Shown piece by piece: positions 47,954 to 57,900 of a DNA stretch of 64,000 nt. The notes beneath the pieces are model-generated. The model was not told where the DNA came from. It was given only the letters and a program-made list of their open reading frames with translations, and made no database searches. The position numbers and the translations under genes are program-made. The stretch comes from an uncultured Acidimicrobiia bacterium (lineage in GTDB: Bacteria; Actinomycetota; Acidimicrobiia; Acidimicrobiales; AC-14): assembly GCA_963836205.1 (NCBI GenBank), contig CAWIIV010000024.1:160001-224000 (forward strand), read 5' to 3'. The number at the start of each line of letters is the position of its first letter. Position 1 is the stretch's first letter.

Positions 47954-49580
47954 TCAATCGTCGTCGCCCCGCCCGTTCCCCTTGTCCTTGTCCTTGTCGG
48001 GCTTGCCCTTGAGGTCGTCGCCGGTGGGGACGAAGACCTCGGGCGACCCGCCGGTGGGGGCCGGGGGGGCGGCGGTGACGGCGGGGGCGGACCCGGCGAT
48101 GGCGACCCCGGGGACCTTCTGGAGGAGTTGGATGGCGGCGACGGTGGCGCCGTCGGTGAGCTGGCCCGCCTGGCGCCAGAGGGCCACGTCGACGATGAGA
48201 TTGGTGGCCGACGAGGCCCCGTTCAGCTCGCCCCGCTCCACCTGGTCGGCGACCGCGCGCAGGCGGGTGGCCAGGTCGGGGGCGGCCGCGCCGTCGCCGG
48301 GGCCGAAGCGGGCGGCGCCGGCCCGCAGCTCGGCGGCCAGGGCGGCGGCGGGCGACGGGGCGGTGGCGGTGGGCGCCACCGTGGTCGAGGTCGACGCCAC
48401 CGTGGTGGAGGTCGACGCCGACCGGACCCGTTCGGCCGCCACGTCGTCGATCGACTGCCGGGGGACGATCTGAGCCAGCAGGATCACGACGGCGACCGCG
48501 GCCAGCGCCACCAGGGCGACGCGGAGCCGGAGTGAGGGCGGCCGGCGGCCGGCGAGTGGGGGACCGGGATCGGGCGGCGGCGGCGGGGCAGTAGAAGGCA
48601 GGGCCGGGGCCGGCGAGTCGAGAGGGATCGGCGACCGGCGGGACGCCGAGTACCGCGGGGGCGGTCGCCGCCATCTCGTCCACGTCGAGGACCTGGGTGG
48701 CGTCGGGCGCCGCCATCACACCGGTGGCCGCGGGGACCACCGTCGGAACCGCCGGCGGGACGAGGGCCGCGCCCATGGCCGCGGCCGAGGGGAAGCGGGC
48801 GCCGGGGTCGGGATCCATGGACCGTTCGACGGTCCGGACCAGGGCGTCGTCGAGGTCGGGGCGGAGGGTGGCGAGGGGGACGTACACGCCGTTGGCCACC
48901 GCCCGGGCGACGACCATGGCGTTGTCGCCCTCGAACGGCTTGCGCCCGGTGAGGGCCTCGTAGAGCACGACGCCGAGGGCGTAGAGGTCGGACAGGGGCG
49001 ACGCGGGGTCGCCGCCGAGTTGCTCGGGGGCCAGGTAGGCGGGGGTGCCGATGAGCTGGCCGGTGCCGGTGAGGTCGCCGCCTGCGGCCGACAGGTCGAG
49101 GCTCTTGGCGATGCCGAAGTCGGCGATCTTGGCCGACCCCTCGCCGGTGAGCAGGATGTTCCCCGGCTTGACGTCGCGGTGGACCATGCCCACCCGGTGG
49201 GCCGCGTCGAGGGCGCCCAGCACCTGGCGGCCGAAGGCGCGGGCCTCGGCCGGGCTCAGCACGGGGCCGGTGGCGATTCGGTCGGCCAGGGTGTCGCCGG
49301 GCAGGCGCTCCATGACGATGTAGGGCACGCCCTCGTGCTCGCCGGTGTCGTAGACGGCCACCGCGTGGGGCTGGGTGATGGCGGCCGCGGCCCGGGCCTC
49401 GGCCTCGAAGCGGACCCGGACGTCGTCGCGGGCGGCCATCGCCTCCTGGAGGAGCTTGATGGCGACCGGCCGCGAGAGGCGGAGGTCGACGCCGGCGTAC
49501 ACCTCGGCCATACCGCCCCGCCCCAGCAGCTCGCCGACCTCGTAGCGGCCGGCGATCAGAGTCGGCGTGGTGCTTCTCAC
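47954..49580 (-). CDS. Ser/Thr protein kinase with TM and extracellular tail, frameshift at about 48540-48650
   Basis: LGRGGMAEVY, VAIK, HRDVKPGN, DFG, GTPAYLAPE; the TM/extracellular part lies in another frame (47954..48511). Confidence 0.88.
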
Positions 49581-49610
49581 CGTGAGGGGCCTACCCGCCG
49601 CCCGGCGCCC

Positions 49611-49964
49611 CTACTCGTCGCCAAGAAGCTCCAGCACCCGGTCGGCGGGCCGGGCCACCACTGCCCGGTCGCCCCGGATGACGATCGGCCGCTCGATCAG
49701 GACGGGATTGGCAACCATGGCGTCGAGCAACTGGTCGCGGTCGGCGCCGGCCAGGCCCAGCTCCCGGTAGACGGATTCCTTGGTGCGGACGATGTCCCGC
49801 GGGTCGTCGGTGCCGAGCAGCGTCATGACCCGCTCGATCTCGGCCCGGGAGGGCTTCTCGGTCAGGTACTCGAACAGCTCGGCGTCGACGCCCTGCTCGG
49901 CCAGGATGCCCTGCGTCGTCCGGCACGTGCTGCACGCGGGGTTGAACCACACCGACACGTCCAT
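49611..49964 (-). CDS. ArsC/Spx family arsenate reductase-like protein
   Basis: NPACSTCR and PVLIERPIV motifs. Confidence 0.88.
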   Translation of the reverse strand: MDVSVWFNPACSTCRTTQGILAEQGVDAELFEYLTEKPSRAEIERVMTLLGTDDPRDIVRTKESVYRELGLAGADRDQLLDAMVANPVLIERPIVIRGDRAVVARPADRVLELLGDE

Positions 49965-49983
49965 GGGATGCGATCCTACGGCC

Positions 49984-51019
49984 ATGACTGCTACCCGTCG
50001 TGCGCTGGTCACCGGGGCGACCGGCTACATCGCGTCCCACCTGATCCCGGCCCTGGTCGACTCCGGCTGGGACGTACTGGCCACCGGCCGGCGCCGGGAG
50101 CCACCGTCCCACCTGGCGGGCGTCGACTACGCCTCCGTCAACCTGGTCAAGGACGACCCCTGGGTCTTCTCCGGGCTGATGGAGCGGATCTCCCACGTCT
50201 TCCACCTGGCGGGGGCGTCGAGCTCGCTGTCGGACCAGAAGGAGATGGAGCAGGTCAATGTCGACGGCACCCGGCGGCTGTCTGCAGGCGGCCAAGCCGT
50301 GGCCCGTCGAGCGCTTCGTGCACATGAGCTCGACGTCGGTGTACGGGGAGGAGGTCGAGCTCCCGTCGCCGGTGCCGGAGGACGTCGAGCGTCACCCGAG
50401 CCGGGGGTACGGCAAGGCCAAGGACGGGGCCGAGCGGGTGGTGGAGGAGTTCGCCGCCGGGGGCATGCCGACGGTGGTGCTGCGGCCGGTCACCGTCTAC
50501 GGCCCGGGCAACGTGAAGCTGCTGGCCAGCGCCATCCTCGACGTCGCCATCGAGCGCTTCGCCGGCCTCGACCGGATCGCGGTGCCGGCCACGCCCATCG
50601 AGCAACGGCTGGTCCATGTCGACGACGTGGTGGCGGCCACCATCCACCTGGCCACCGCCGACGGGGCAGAGGGGCGGGCGTTCAACGTCGTCCTGCCCGA
50701 GTACCCGTCGAGCCACGACGTGGCGGGCATGGTGGCCGACGCCTTCGGCCTGCCGGTGGAGCTGGTCGACGTCCCCGACGCGGGCCTGTCCTACGACGCC
50801 CGGGCCGAGGCCCACGGGCGGATGGTGGAGGCGGGGATGGAGCCTCGAATCCTCCTGTCGAAGGAGCGGTTCCGGTTCCTGGGCAAGGCCAACCGCAACA
50901 ACCGGCTGTCGGTCGACGCCTTGCTGGGCACGGGCTTCGAGTTCACCCAGACCGATGTGCCCGCGAGCGTCGGCCGGACGGTCGACTGGTATCGCGAGCA
51001 CCGGTGGGTGCTCGGGTAG
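49984..51019 (+). CDS. NAD-dependent epimerase/dehydratase, frameshift near 50281
   Basis: TGATGYIA, HLAG, NVDGT, then SSTSVYG, YGKAK, LRPVTVYGPG in the next frame. Confidence 0.87.
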
Positions 51020-51025
51020 CGGCGG

Positions 51026-51637
51026 TCAGCGGAAGGCGGGGAAGTCGACGGTGGTGAAGAACCACAGCGCCGACGTGAGCCACAGCCCGGTGAGCAGGAC
51101 CACCAATGTTCCGCCGACAACGGGAAGGCCCCACTTGGGAAGGCGGTCGGACCGCAGTACCAGGAGCTTGGTGCTGAAGGCGCCGTAGAAGGCGCAGCCG
51201 AGCAGCGAGTGGACGAGCGGGCGGACACCGGCATCGGCCTGGAAGCCGAGCGCCCACAGGCAGTGGTAGGCGACGGGCAGCGAAACCAGGAAGGCGCACG
51301 TCCCCGACCACCGGTGGGCGAACGGCAGCCACCGGGGCGCCGGCCGCCAGATTGGAAGCTTCCCCCACATGCCCAGGACGGAGACGAGCTGAAAGGCGGC
51401 GAAGGCGAAGGCGACGGTCGCCAGCCACGCCTTCATAGCCTGGAGCGACGGGAAGCCGAGGTCGAAGATGGGGTCGAACGTGGCCTGATGGACCCGTCCG
51501 TAGACGCCGAGGGAAACCGCGACCGCCCCGCCGGCCAGGGCCGGCACCACCAGGGCCGAGGGGGTCGGCGGCGATGGGGTGGCCGGGGCGGGGGACGCCG
51601 GGGGGGCCGGGGCGGTGGCGGTGGGGTCGGCGCTCAT
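51026..51637 (-). CDS. DUF6529-like membrane protein (His-containing TM helices)
   Basis: MKAWLAT, HRWSG, VAYHC, HSLLGC..YG, WLTSALWFF. Confidence 0.75.
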   Translation of the reverse strand: MSADPTATAPAPPASPAPATPSPPTPSALVVPALAGGAVAVSLGVYGRVHQATFDPIFDLGFPSLQAMKAWLATVAFAFAAFQLVSVLGMWGKLPIWRPAPRWLPFAHRWSGTCAFLVSLPVAYHCLWALGFQADAGVRPLVHSLLGCAFYGAFSTKLLVLRSDRLPKWGLPVVGGTLVVLLTGLWLTSALWFFTTVDFPAFR

Positions 51638-52066
51638 CGGACGACGAGGCTGCCGGACATCTGGGGGTGGATGAGGCAGGTGAAGCGGTAGCTGCCGGGA
51701 GCGGTAGGGGCGACCAGGTTGACGGTGGCCTTGGGGCCGACGCCTGTGTCGAACTCCCCGCCGGTGGCGGTGACGGTGTGGGCGACGCTGTCTCGGTTCT
51801 GGACGACGACCCGACCGCCACGGCCGGCGGTGACCGGTCCGAACTTGAGGCCCTGGATCTCGAGGGTCGCCGGGGCGGCGGCGGCCGCGGTCCCGGTGCC
51901 GCCCCCGGCCGGGTTGGCGTATTCGCCGCTGGCCGGAGCCGCTGGCCGGAGCCGGCGCGGGCACCGCCACCGGGCCCGGTGAGTCGGCGTTGAGGACCAA
52001 GGCGCCGGCGGTGAACGCAGCGGCAGCGACACAGACCACGAGCGAGCCGGTGAGTGATCTCTTCAT
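51634..52066 (-). CDS. Secreted cupredoxin (blue copper) protein, frameshift near 51950
   Basis: Signal peptide MKRSLTG..., then NRDSVAHTVT and YRFTCLIHPQM type-1 Cu ligands in another frame. Confidence 0.82.
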
Positions 52067-52075
52067 GTCCCGGGA

Positions 52076-52100
52076 TACGGCCCGCGGGCCCGAGCGGTTC
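52076..52100 (-). promoter_or_regulatory. ECF sigma promoter GAACC-N16-CGTA
   Basis: Upstream of the cupredoxin gene; same motif at 53115-53140 and 53789-53814. Confidence 0.7.
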
Positions 52101-52171
52101 GCGGCCCGGACGCGACGGAGCCGGCGGCAGGAACGAATCCTGCGCGCCGGCTCCCGTCACGAACGACTGGG

Positions 52172-53077
52172 TCAGGTCGACTTCACCAGCGTCCCGTCGC
52201 CCTTGACCGCGAACCAGACGCCACCCGAGCCCTGGCCGTTGACGTCGCCGGGCCCGCCGTCGCCGGCGAAGTAGTACAGCGGCCACTTGCCCAGCTTGAG
52301 CTGGTCGGGGCCGCCGTCGGGCCGGGCCACGACGGTGAGCTTCGACCCGTCGACGCCGTCACCGGCGACGGGCTCGGCCGGGGCCGGTGCCGCCGGCCAC
52401 GCGGTGGCGCAGCCGCCGACGCACGTCGGGGTCCCGTCCACGTCCTTGGTGAAGGCGTAGAGCGTGCGCCCCTCGGCGTCGCCCACGATGTCGCCCAGGG
52501 CGGAGTCGGTCAGCGACACCGACGCCTCGGCCGGCGCCGCCACCGGACCGGGGACCCGGCCGTACCCGGGCGTGGTCGCGGCCCCTTCCTTCACCAGCTT
52601 GGCGTCGGGTGCGACCACGAACCACACGTCGCCCGCGCCCTGGCCGTAGGAGTCGCCGGCGGTGGCGTCTCCCTCGAAGTAGTACAGCGGCCACTTGCCG
52701 GCGACCAGTTGCAGGCTGCCGTCGTCGCGGGTCGTGGTGGCGAACACGCCGGTGTCGAGCCCGGGGCCGACGGTCCAGGTGGCGTCCACGGTGGCCGCCG
52801 GCCAGGCCAGGAGGCACGCCCCGCTGCAGGTGCTGCGGGCGTCGACGTCGTTGGTGAACCCGTAGAGGGTTCGGCCGTCGGCGCCGACGAGGATCTCGCC
52901 CAGGTCGGCCTGGCCCAGCTTCACCGCCGCTCCCGCGGGAGCGGTGACGGCCGGCGCGGGGTCGGCCGCGGGCGGGGCGGACGTGGTGGTGTCGGAGCCC
53001 GAGCCACACGCGCCGGCGATGACGCCGGCGGCGACCAGGGCGAGCAGGAGCCGTTGGGGGCGGGTGGGCAGACGCAT
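52172..53077 (-). CDS. Secreted repeat lipoprotein (COG4315, Lipoprotein_15 repeats)
   Basis: Lipobox AGAC; two GRTLY.F..D...C.G.C...WP / GKWPLYYF.GD...GQG...VWF modules. Confidence 0.88.
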   Translation of the reverse strand: MRLPTRPQRLLLALVAAGVIAGACGSGSDTTTSAPPAADPAPAVTAPAGAAVKLGQADLGEILVGADGRTLYGFTNDVDARSTCSGACLLAWPAATVDATWTVGPGLDTGVFATTTRDDGSLQLVAGKWPLYYFEGDATAGDSYGQGAGDVWFVVAPDAKLVKEGAATTPGYGRVPGPVAAPAEASVSLTDSALGDIVGDAEGRTLYAFTKDVDGTPTCVGGCATAWPAAPAPAEPVAGDGVDGSKLTVVARPDGGPDQLKLGKWPLYYFAGDGGPGDVNGQGSGGVWFAVKGDGTLVKST

Positions 53078-53114
53078 CGGAGGACCTCCGTATCGGGACT
53101 GTGTCGAAACCCGG

Positions 53115-53140
53115 TACGGGCCGGCGCGGGGTCCGGTTCA
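53115..53140 (-). promoter_or_regulatory. ECF sigma promoter TGAACC-N16-CGTA
   Basis: Upstream of the COG4315 lipoprotein gene. Confidence 0.72.
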
Positions 53141-53200
53141 GGGACAGGGATCAAGGATTTCCCCGATGTGGCGACGAGGGCCGGTCGTCAGTCTGCGGTC

Positions 53201-53791
53201 ATGGCAACCGAGACCCCCGACGTCACCCGCCCGCGGACCCGTCCCGTGATCGACCGGGCGACCGCAATCGGCTTCCGAGCAGGCGATCCCGACGCGGTGC
53301 GGGCCGTGTACCGGGCCTATGGGGGCCTCGTCTTCGCGGTCGCCCACCGGGTGCTCGGTGACCGCGCCCTCGCCGAGGAGGCGTCGCACCAGGCGTTCGT
53401 CCAGGCCTGGCGGGCGGCCCGCTCGTTCGACCCGTCCCGTGAGCTGGCCCCGTGGCTGGCCACCATCGCCCGGCGGGCGGCCATCGACCTCCACCGGCGG
53501 GAGTCGGTGCGGAGCCATCGCTCCATCGAGGACCTCGATCTGGCCGAGGTGAGGGTGCTCACCCTTCCCGACGGGGCCGAGCGGGCGCTCGAGGTGGGGC
53601 TGGTGCGGGACGCGGTCGACGAGCTCCCTCCCGACGAGCGCGCCGTCGTGCGCCTCCAGCACCTGGACGGCTACACCCACACCGAGATCGCGGCCCGCCT
53701 TGGCATCCCCGTCGGGACGGTGAAGTCCCGCTCGAGCCGGGCCCACCGGCGGCTGGCCGCCCGCCTCGACTATCTCCGCCAGGCGGGCTGA
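53201..53791 (+). CDS. ECF RNA polymerase sigma factor
   Basis: AEEASHQAFVQAWR, WLATIARRAAID, EIAARLGIPVGTVKSR. Confidence 0.92.
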   Translation: MATETPDVTRPRTRPVIDRATAIGFRAGDPDAVRAVYRAYGGLVFAVAHRVLGDRALAEEASHQAFVQAWRAARSFDPSRELAPWLATIARRAAIDLHRRESVRSHRSIEDLDLAEVRVLTLPDGAERALEVGLVRDAVDELPPDERAVVRLQHLDGYTHTEIAARLGIPVGTVKSRSSRAHRRLAARLDYLRQAG

Positions 53792-53814
53792 ACCGGGGGC
53801 AGTCCGACGCCGTA
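53789..53814 (+). promoter_or_regulatory. ECF sigma promoter TGAACC-N16-CGTA
   Basis: Overlaps the sigma stop codon, upstream of the anti-sigma-like ORF. Confidence 0.68.
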
Positions 53815-53822
53815 CCACCGGT

Positions 53823-53984
53823 GTGGACGACCTCGCCGCTCTCCTCGCCGACCCGTGTATCTGGGCCGAGCCGCCGGCCGGCCTGGAGGCGCGGGTGCTC
53901 GACGCCATCGCCGACGAGGTTGGTGGCCGGCTGGGTGCCACCCACCCCGCAGCAGTCCGGTCTCGCGACCGTCGTCGACGATGA
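53823..53984 (+). CDS. Truncated anti-sigma-factor-like peptide (53 aa)
   Basis: VDDLAALLADPCIWAEPPAGLEARVLDAIADE...RRRR*; the PPAGLEARVL motif is typical of anti-sigma N-domains; no TM follows. Confidence 0.6.
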   Translation: MDDLAALLADPCIWAEPPAGLEARVLDAIADEVGGRLGATHPAAVRSRDRRRR

Positions 53985-54116
53985 CGGAACGCCGACGGGC
54001 CCAGGGGAGGGCGATGCCGTGCGCCTCTTCGACACGAACGCCGCGCCGCCGCCGGTGGGGTGTGGGCGTCGAGCGCCGCCCCGATCCCGAGATCGCCAGC
54101 GCCGCCTGAAACCGGC

Positions 54117-54851
54117 TCAGGCCGGGTCGGGCGTTTCCCGGACTCCGAACTCCCGCAGGAGGAAGGGGTTGGTCCGCCGCTCGTGGCCGACGGTGGTGGT
54201 GGCCCCGTGGCCGGGGAAGACCACCACCTCGTCGGAGAGCGGGAGGACCTTCTCCGCCATCGACGCCATCAGCTGCTCGTAGGAGCCGCCGGGCAGGTCG
54301 GTGCGGCCGATCGACCCCGCGAACAGGTGATCGCCGCTGAACAGCCGGGGCGGCTCACCCTCCATCTCCAGGAGGAAGCACACCGAACCCTGGGTGTGGC
54401 CGGGCGTGTGGAGGGCGGTGAACGTCATCCCCGCGCCCGACACCCTCTGGCCGTCGTCGAGGCCGAAGACGAGCTCGGGCGGGGGGATGCGGAGGTTCTC
54501 CAGGTCGAGCATCTGGGCCAGGGTGCCGCCGGCACCGACCGGGTCGAGGAGCATGTGGCGGTCGCGGTCGTGGAGGTGGACGGGGATGGTGGCCGCGGAG
54601 CCCTCCATCTCCGTCATCCCGTCGTGGGCGTGGGCCACCACCTCGCCGATGCCGCCGACGTGGTCGACGTGGCCGTGGGTGGTGAGGAGGGCGACCAGCC
54701 GCAGCCCGTTCTCCCGCAGCCGGTGGAGGATGACGCGCGGCTCGGGCGGGGCGTCGATCAGCACACACTCGCCGCCGGGGCCGTCGGGGGCGACGATCCA
54801 CACGTTGGTGCCGGCCAACCACAGCCGGAGCCCCTCGATGACCGGGCTCAC
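54117..54851 (-). CDS. MBL-fold hydrolase (glyoxalase II-like)
   Basis: THGHVDH, HTPGHT, FSGD, GRTDLPGG, PGHG. Confidence 0.92.
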   Translation of the reverse strand: MSPVIEGLRLWLAGTNVWIVAPDGPGGECVLIDAPPEPRVILHRLRENGLRLVALLTTHGHVDHVGGIGEVVAHAHDGMTEMEGSAATIPVHLHDRDRHMLLDPVGAGGTLAQMLDLENLRIPPPELVFGLDDGQRVSGAGMTFTALHTPGHTQGSVCFLLEMEGEPPRLFSGDHLFAGSIGRTDLPGGSYEQLMASMAEKVLPLSDEVVVFPGHGATTTVGHERRTNPFLLREFGVRETPDPA

Positions 54852-56719
54852 GTCGCCTCCCCTCGACGGTCGAGGGCGTCGGCGATGACCCGGGGGCGGG
54901 GGTCAGCCATGATCTCTTCCAACGGCATGGGCAGGGCGATCGACCAGTTGGGCCATTCGTCGACGGTACCGGGCATGTTGGGTCGCTCCGGCACGGACAC
55001 CGCGTCGTCGAGCGCAGCGGCCAGGAGCAGGCAGGGGGCGGTGCCGAGGGCGCCGTACAGGCCGGCCACGGCCTCGTCGGGTTGGGCGTCGGCGGCCACG
55101 CCGGTCATGTCCTGCAGCCGCCGGCACATGGCCTCGGTGGCCTCGACGTTGGGTTCGGTACCGAGCCGGCGCTGGTCGTCCAGGTCGGACCCCGTCCACA
55201 ACCCGGCGACGGTGGGCAGGTCATGGGTGGTGACCGCGGCGAGGGCCCGCTCGGGGTACTGCGGGGGCGGCCGGTCCTCGAACCACAGCAACTTGTACGA
55301 CAGCAGGTCGCGGTCGGCCATCTCCTTCCGCACGTGGTCTTCCACCGTCCCCAGGTCCTCGCCCACCACGTAGGCGCCGGCCCGGTGCGCCTCGAGGGCG
55401 ACGATGTCGAGCAACTCGGTGGCCGGGTAGCGGACGTAGGCGCCGGACGCGGCCGGCTGGCCCCGGGGGATCCAGAACAGCCGGAACAGGCCCATCACGT
55501 GATCGACCCGCAGCCCGCCGGCGTGGCGGAGGCCGGCCCGGATGGTCTCCACGAACGGCCCGTACCCGGCGTCCCGCAGCTTCCAGGGATCGAACGGCGG
55601 CAGGCCCCAGTCCTGGCCCCGGGTGTTGAACTCGTCGGGCGGGGCGCCGACGGCCATGTCGAGGGCGAAGACGTCCTGCCACAGCCAGGCGTCGGCGCCG
55701 CCGGGGTCGACCCCCACCGCCAGGTCGTGCATCACCGCCACTCCCGCGGTCGACGCCGACTCCAACTGGAGGTCGAGCAGCCACTGCAACCACTGGTGGA
55801 ACCGGACCCGGTCCTCGTGCTTGCGTCCGTAGGCCGCCACCTCGGGCTGGTCGGGGTGGCGGAACGACTCCGGCCACGCCTGCCAGTCGGCGCCGTGGTC
55901 CTCGACCAGCACGCAGAAGGTGGCGTAGGCGTCGAGGGGGCCGCCACCGCCGGGGCCTTGCCGCCACCGGTCGAAGACGGGGTCGCCGGCGAAGTCGTCC
56001 CACACCTGGCCGAGGGCGTCGAGCTTGAGGCGCCACACCGCGTCGCGGTCGATCAGGCGCCGGCGGTTGAGGGCCCGCCCGGCCTGGGCGAGTGCGTCCA
56101 GCCGGTCGCCGAGGGCGGCCGCCGCGCCGGGGACGTCCTCCACCCGGAGGTAGAGCGGGTTGCGGAACCGGCGGCTGCTCGGGAAGTAGGGGCTGGCGGC
56201 CTGGGGGAAGCCGGGCATGGCCGCGTGGAGGGGGTTGACCAGGACCATGCCCGCGCCCAGGTCGTCGGCCGACCATGCTGCCAGCCGGCGGAGGTCGGCC
56301 AGGTCGCCCATCCCCCAGCTCGCTTCCGAGCGCATGGCGTAGAGCTGCACCGCCCACCCCCATGTGGGGTCGCCCACCGGGAGCGGGCACCGCCCGGGGC
56401 TGACGACGACCGTGGTCCGGGCGCCGTCGTCGAGGCCGACGAGGACGTGGTAGCCGAGGGGGAGATCCGCTGGCAGGCGGTCGTCGACCCGGACCTCGCC
56501 CCCGTCCTCGGTGTGGAGGATCGACGGGCCACGGACGGCCGGGGTCGTACCGGGCCGGAGGAAGAGCACAGGTTCGCCCCCGGGCGGGTCGGGGCGCTCG
56601 GCGGACGCGCCCATCGTCCGCAGGATGGCTTCGACGGTTGCGGGGGGGCTTTCCCGCCACCGGCCCATGGCGTCGTGGTAGCCCTGATGGACGCCCCAGG
56701 CCGCGGGGTCGGGCCTCAG
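54848..56719 (-). CDS. malQ: 4-alpha-glucanotransferase (amylomaltase)
   Basis: QLYAMRS..WGMGD, SPYFPSSR, DLAVG, QDWGLPP, RVDH, GEDLG, THD, NMPGT; the frame extends to CTG 56719 (first ATG is 56668). Confidence 0.93.
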   Translation of the reverse strand: MRPDPAAWGVHQGYHDAMGRWRESPPATVEAILRTMGASAERPDPPGGEPVLFLRPGTTPAVRGPSILHTEDGGEVRVDDRLPADLPLGYHVLVGLDDGARTTVVVSPGRCPLPVGDPTWGWAVQLYAMRSEASWGMGDLADLRRLAAWSADDLGAGMVLVNPLHAAMPGFPQAASPYFPSSRRFRNPLYLRVEDVPGAAAALGDRLDALAQAGRALNRRRLIDRDAVWRLKLDALGQVWDDFAGDPVFDRWRQGPGGGGPLDAYATFCVLVEDHGADWQAWPESFRHPDQPEVAAYGRKHEDRVRFHQWLQWLLDLQLESASTAGVAVMHDLAVGVDPGGADAWLWQDVFALDMAVGAPPDEFNTRGQDWGLPPFDPWKLRDAGYGPFVETIRAGLRHAGGLRVDHVMGLFRLFWIPRGQPAASGAYVRYPATELLDIVALEAHRAGAYVVGEDLGTVEDHVRKEMADRDLLSYKLLWFEDRPPPQYPERALAAVTTHDLPTVAGLWTGSDLDDQRRLGTEPNVEATEAMCRRLQDMTGVAADAQPDEAVAGLYGALGTAPCLLLAAALDDAVSVPERPNMPGTVDEWPNWSIALPMPLEEIMADPRPRVIADALDRRGEAT

Positions 56720-57603
56720 TGGGGGACCGCCTCGGCCCGTTCCCGGGGACGGACGCCCTGGCCGTTGAGCAGGACGATGCCGCCGACGATGAGCGCCCCG
56801 CCCGCAACCAGCCGCACATGGAAGGGCTCGTGCAGGAAGAGCAGTCCGACGGTGACGGCCATCACCGGTACCAGGTAGGTGACAGCCGCGGCCATCGTCG
56901 GGCCGAGGTCGGAGATGATCCGGTAGAAGAGGACATAGGCCAGCCCCGTACCCAGGATGCCCAGCAGGCAGACCGCGAGCAGGCGCCGGGGTGTGAGGTC
57001 GAGTCCCTCCCGGGCGGTGGTGGCGACGGCCACGGGCAGGGCCAGGATGCTGGCCATCACCAGCTGGCCGGCGGCGTTCACCAGCGGGGGCTGGTGGCCG
57101 AGGTGACGCTTGGCGTAGACGATGGCGATGGCATAGCAGGCGCCGGCGGCGACGGCCGCCGCCTCGCCCGCCAGCGACGCCCCGGTGAGCTCGGACGCGC
57201 CCAGTCCCGCGGCCACACCCACGCCCACGAAGCCGAGCAGCAGGCCGAGGGACTGGCTCTGGCGGAGGCGTTGGCCGAGGAAGAGGGCGGCCAGGAGGGC
57301 GGCGAACAGGGGGGTGGCGGCGTTGAGCACCGCCCCCAGGGCGGACGGGATGCGCTGCTCACCCCAGGCCAGGAGGGTGAACGGCACCGCGCTGCCGAAC
57401 AGGCCCACGACCGCGTAATGCCGCCACGCTTCCCGTCCCGTGGGCAGGCGCAACCCTTTCACCCGCACTACGGCCAGGAGGACGAGCATGCCCAGAGTCA
57501 CCCGGGTGAACGACACCGCCGCCGGTGGCATCCCTCCGACCGCCACCTTGATGAGGAGGAACGACCAGCCCCAGATGCCCGCCAACAGAAAGAGGCGGCG
57601 CAT
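56716..57603 (-). CDS. DMT/EamA family transporter
   Basis: IWGWSF, two EamA repeats, YLVP, LHEP; leaderless with TACGAT -10. Confidence 0.9.
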   Translation of the reverse strand: MRRLFLLAGIWGWSFLLIKVAVGGMPPAAVSFTRVTLGMLVLLAVVRVKGLRLPTGREAWRHYAVVGLFGSAVPFTLLAWGEQRIPSALGAVLNAATPLFAALLAALFLGQRLRQSQSLGLLLGFVGVGVAAGLGASELTGASLAGEAAAVAAGACYAIAIVYAKRHLGHQPPLVNAAGQLVMASILALPVAVATTAREGLDLTPRRLLAVCLLGILGTGLAYVLFYRIISDLGPTMAAAVTYLVPVMAVTVGLLFLHEPFHVRLVAGGALIVGGIVLLNGQGVRPRERAEAVPH

Positions 57604-57661
57604 CCCCCGATCGTAGGGGCGCAACGTCGGACCTCCACCCGAGTTTCCCGCCGCCGCCCGT

Positions 57662-57847
57662 GTCCGGCGAGCGAGTGGCGCGAGTGGTCCCTCGAGGGAC
57701 CGGTAGTGCCACCCGCTCGGACGTCCGAGCGCTGGCCCCCCTGGTCCGGCGACCGAGTGGCGCGAGTGGTCCCCTGGAGGGACCGGTACTGCCATCCGCT
57801 CGGACGCCCGGCGTCCCGCCCCCGTGGTCCGGCGAGCGAGTGGCGCG
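57662..57847. repeat. Tandem 82-83-bp repeat of a palindromic unit (about 2.3 copies; REP/BIME-like)
   Basis: gtccggcga.cgagtggcgcg starts at 57662, 57744 and 57827; each full unit folds as a long hairpin around ggtccc....gggacc. Confidence 0.85.
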
Positions 57848-57900
57848 GAAGCCCCTCAGCAGGGGGGTCTCGTGGCGATCGCTCGGATCGCGGGCGCCGG

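Noticed and set aside
57662-57847. Possible CRISPR mini-array (repeat plus variable spacer)
   Set aside because: The repeat is about 62 bp with ~20-bp linkers, only about 2.3 degenerate copies and no cas genes; the proportions do not fit CRISPR.
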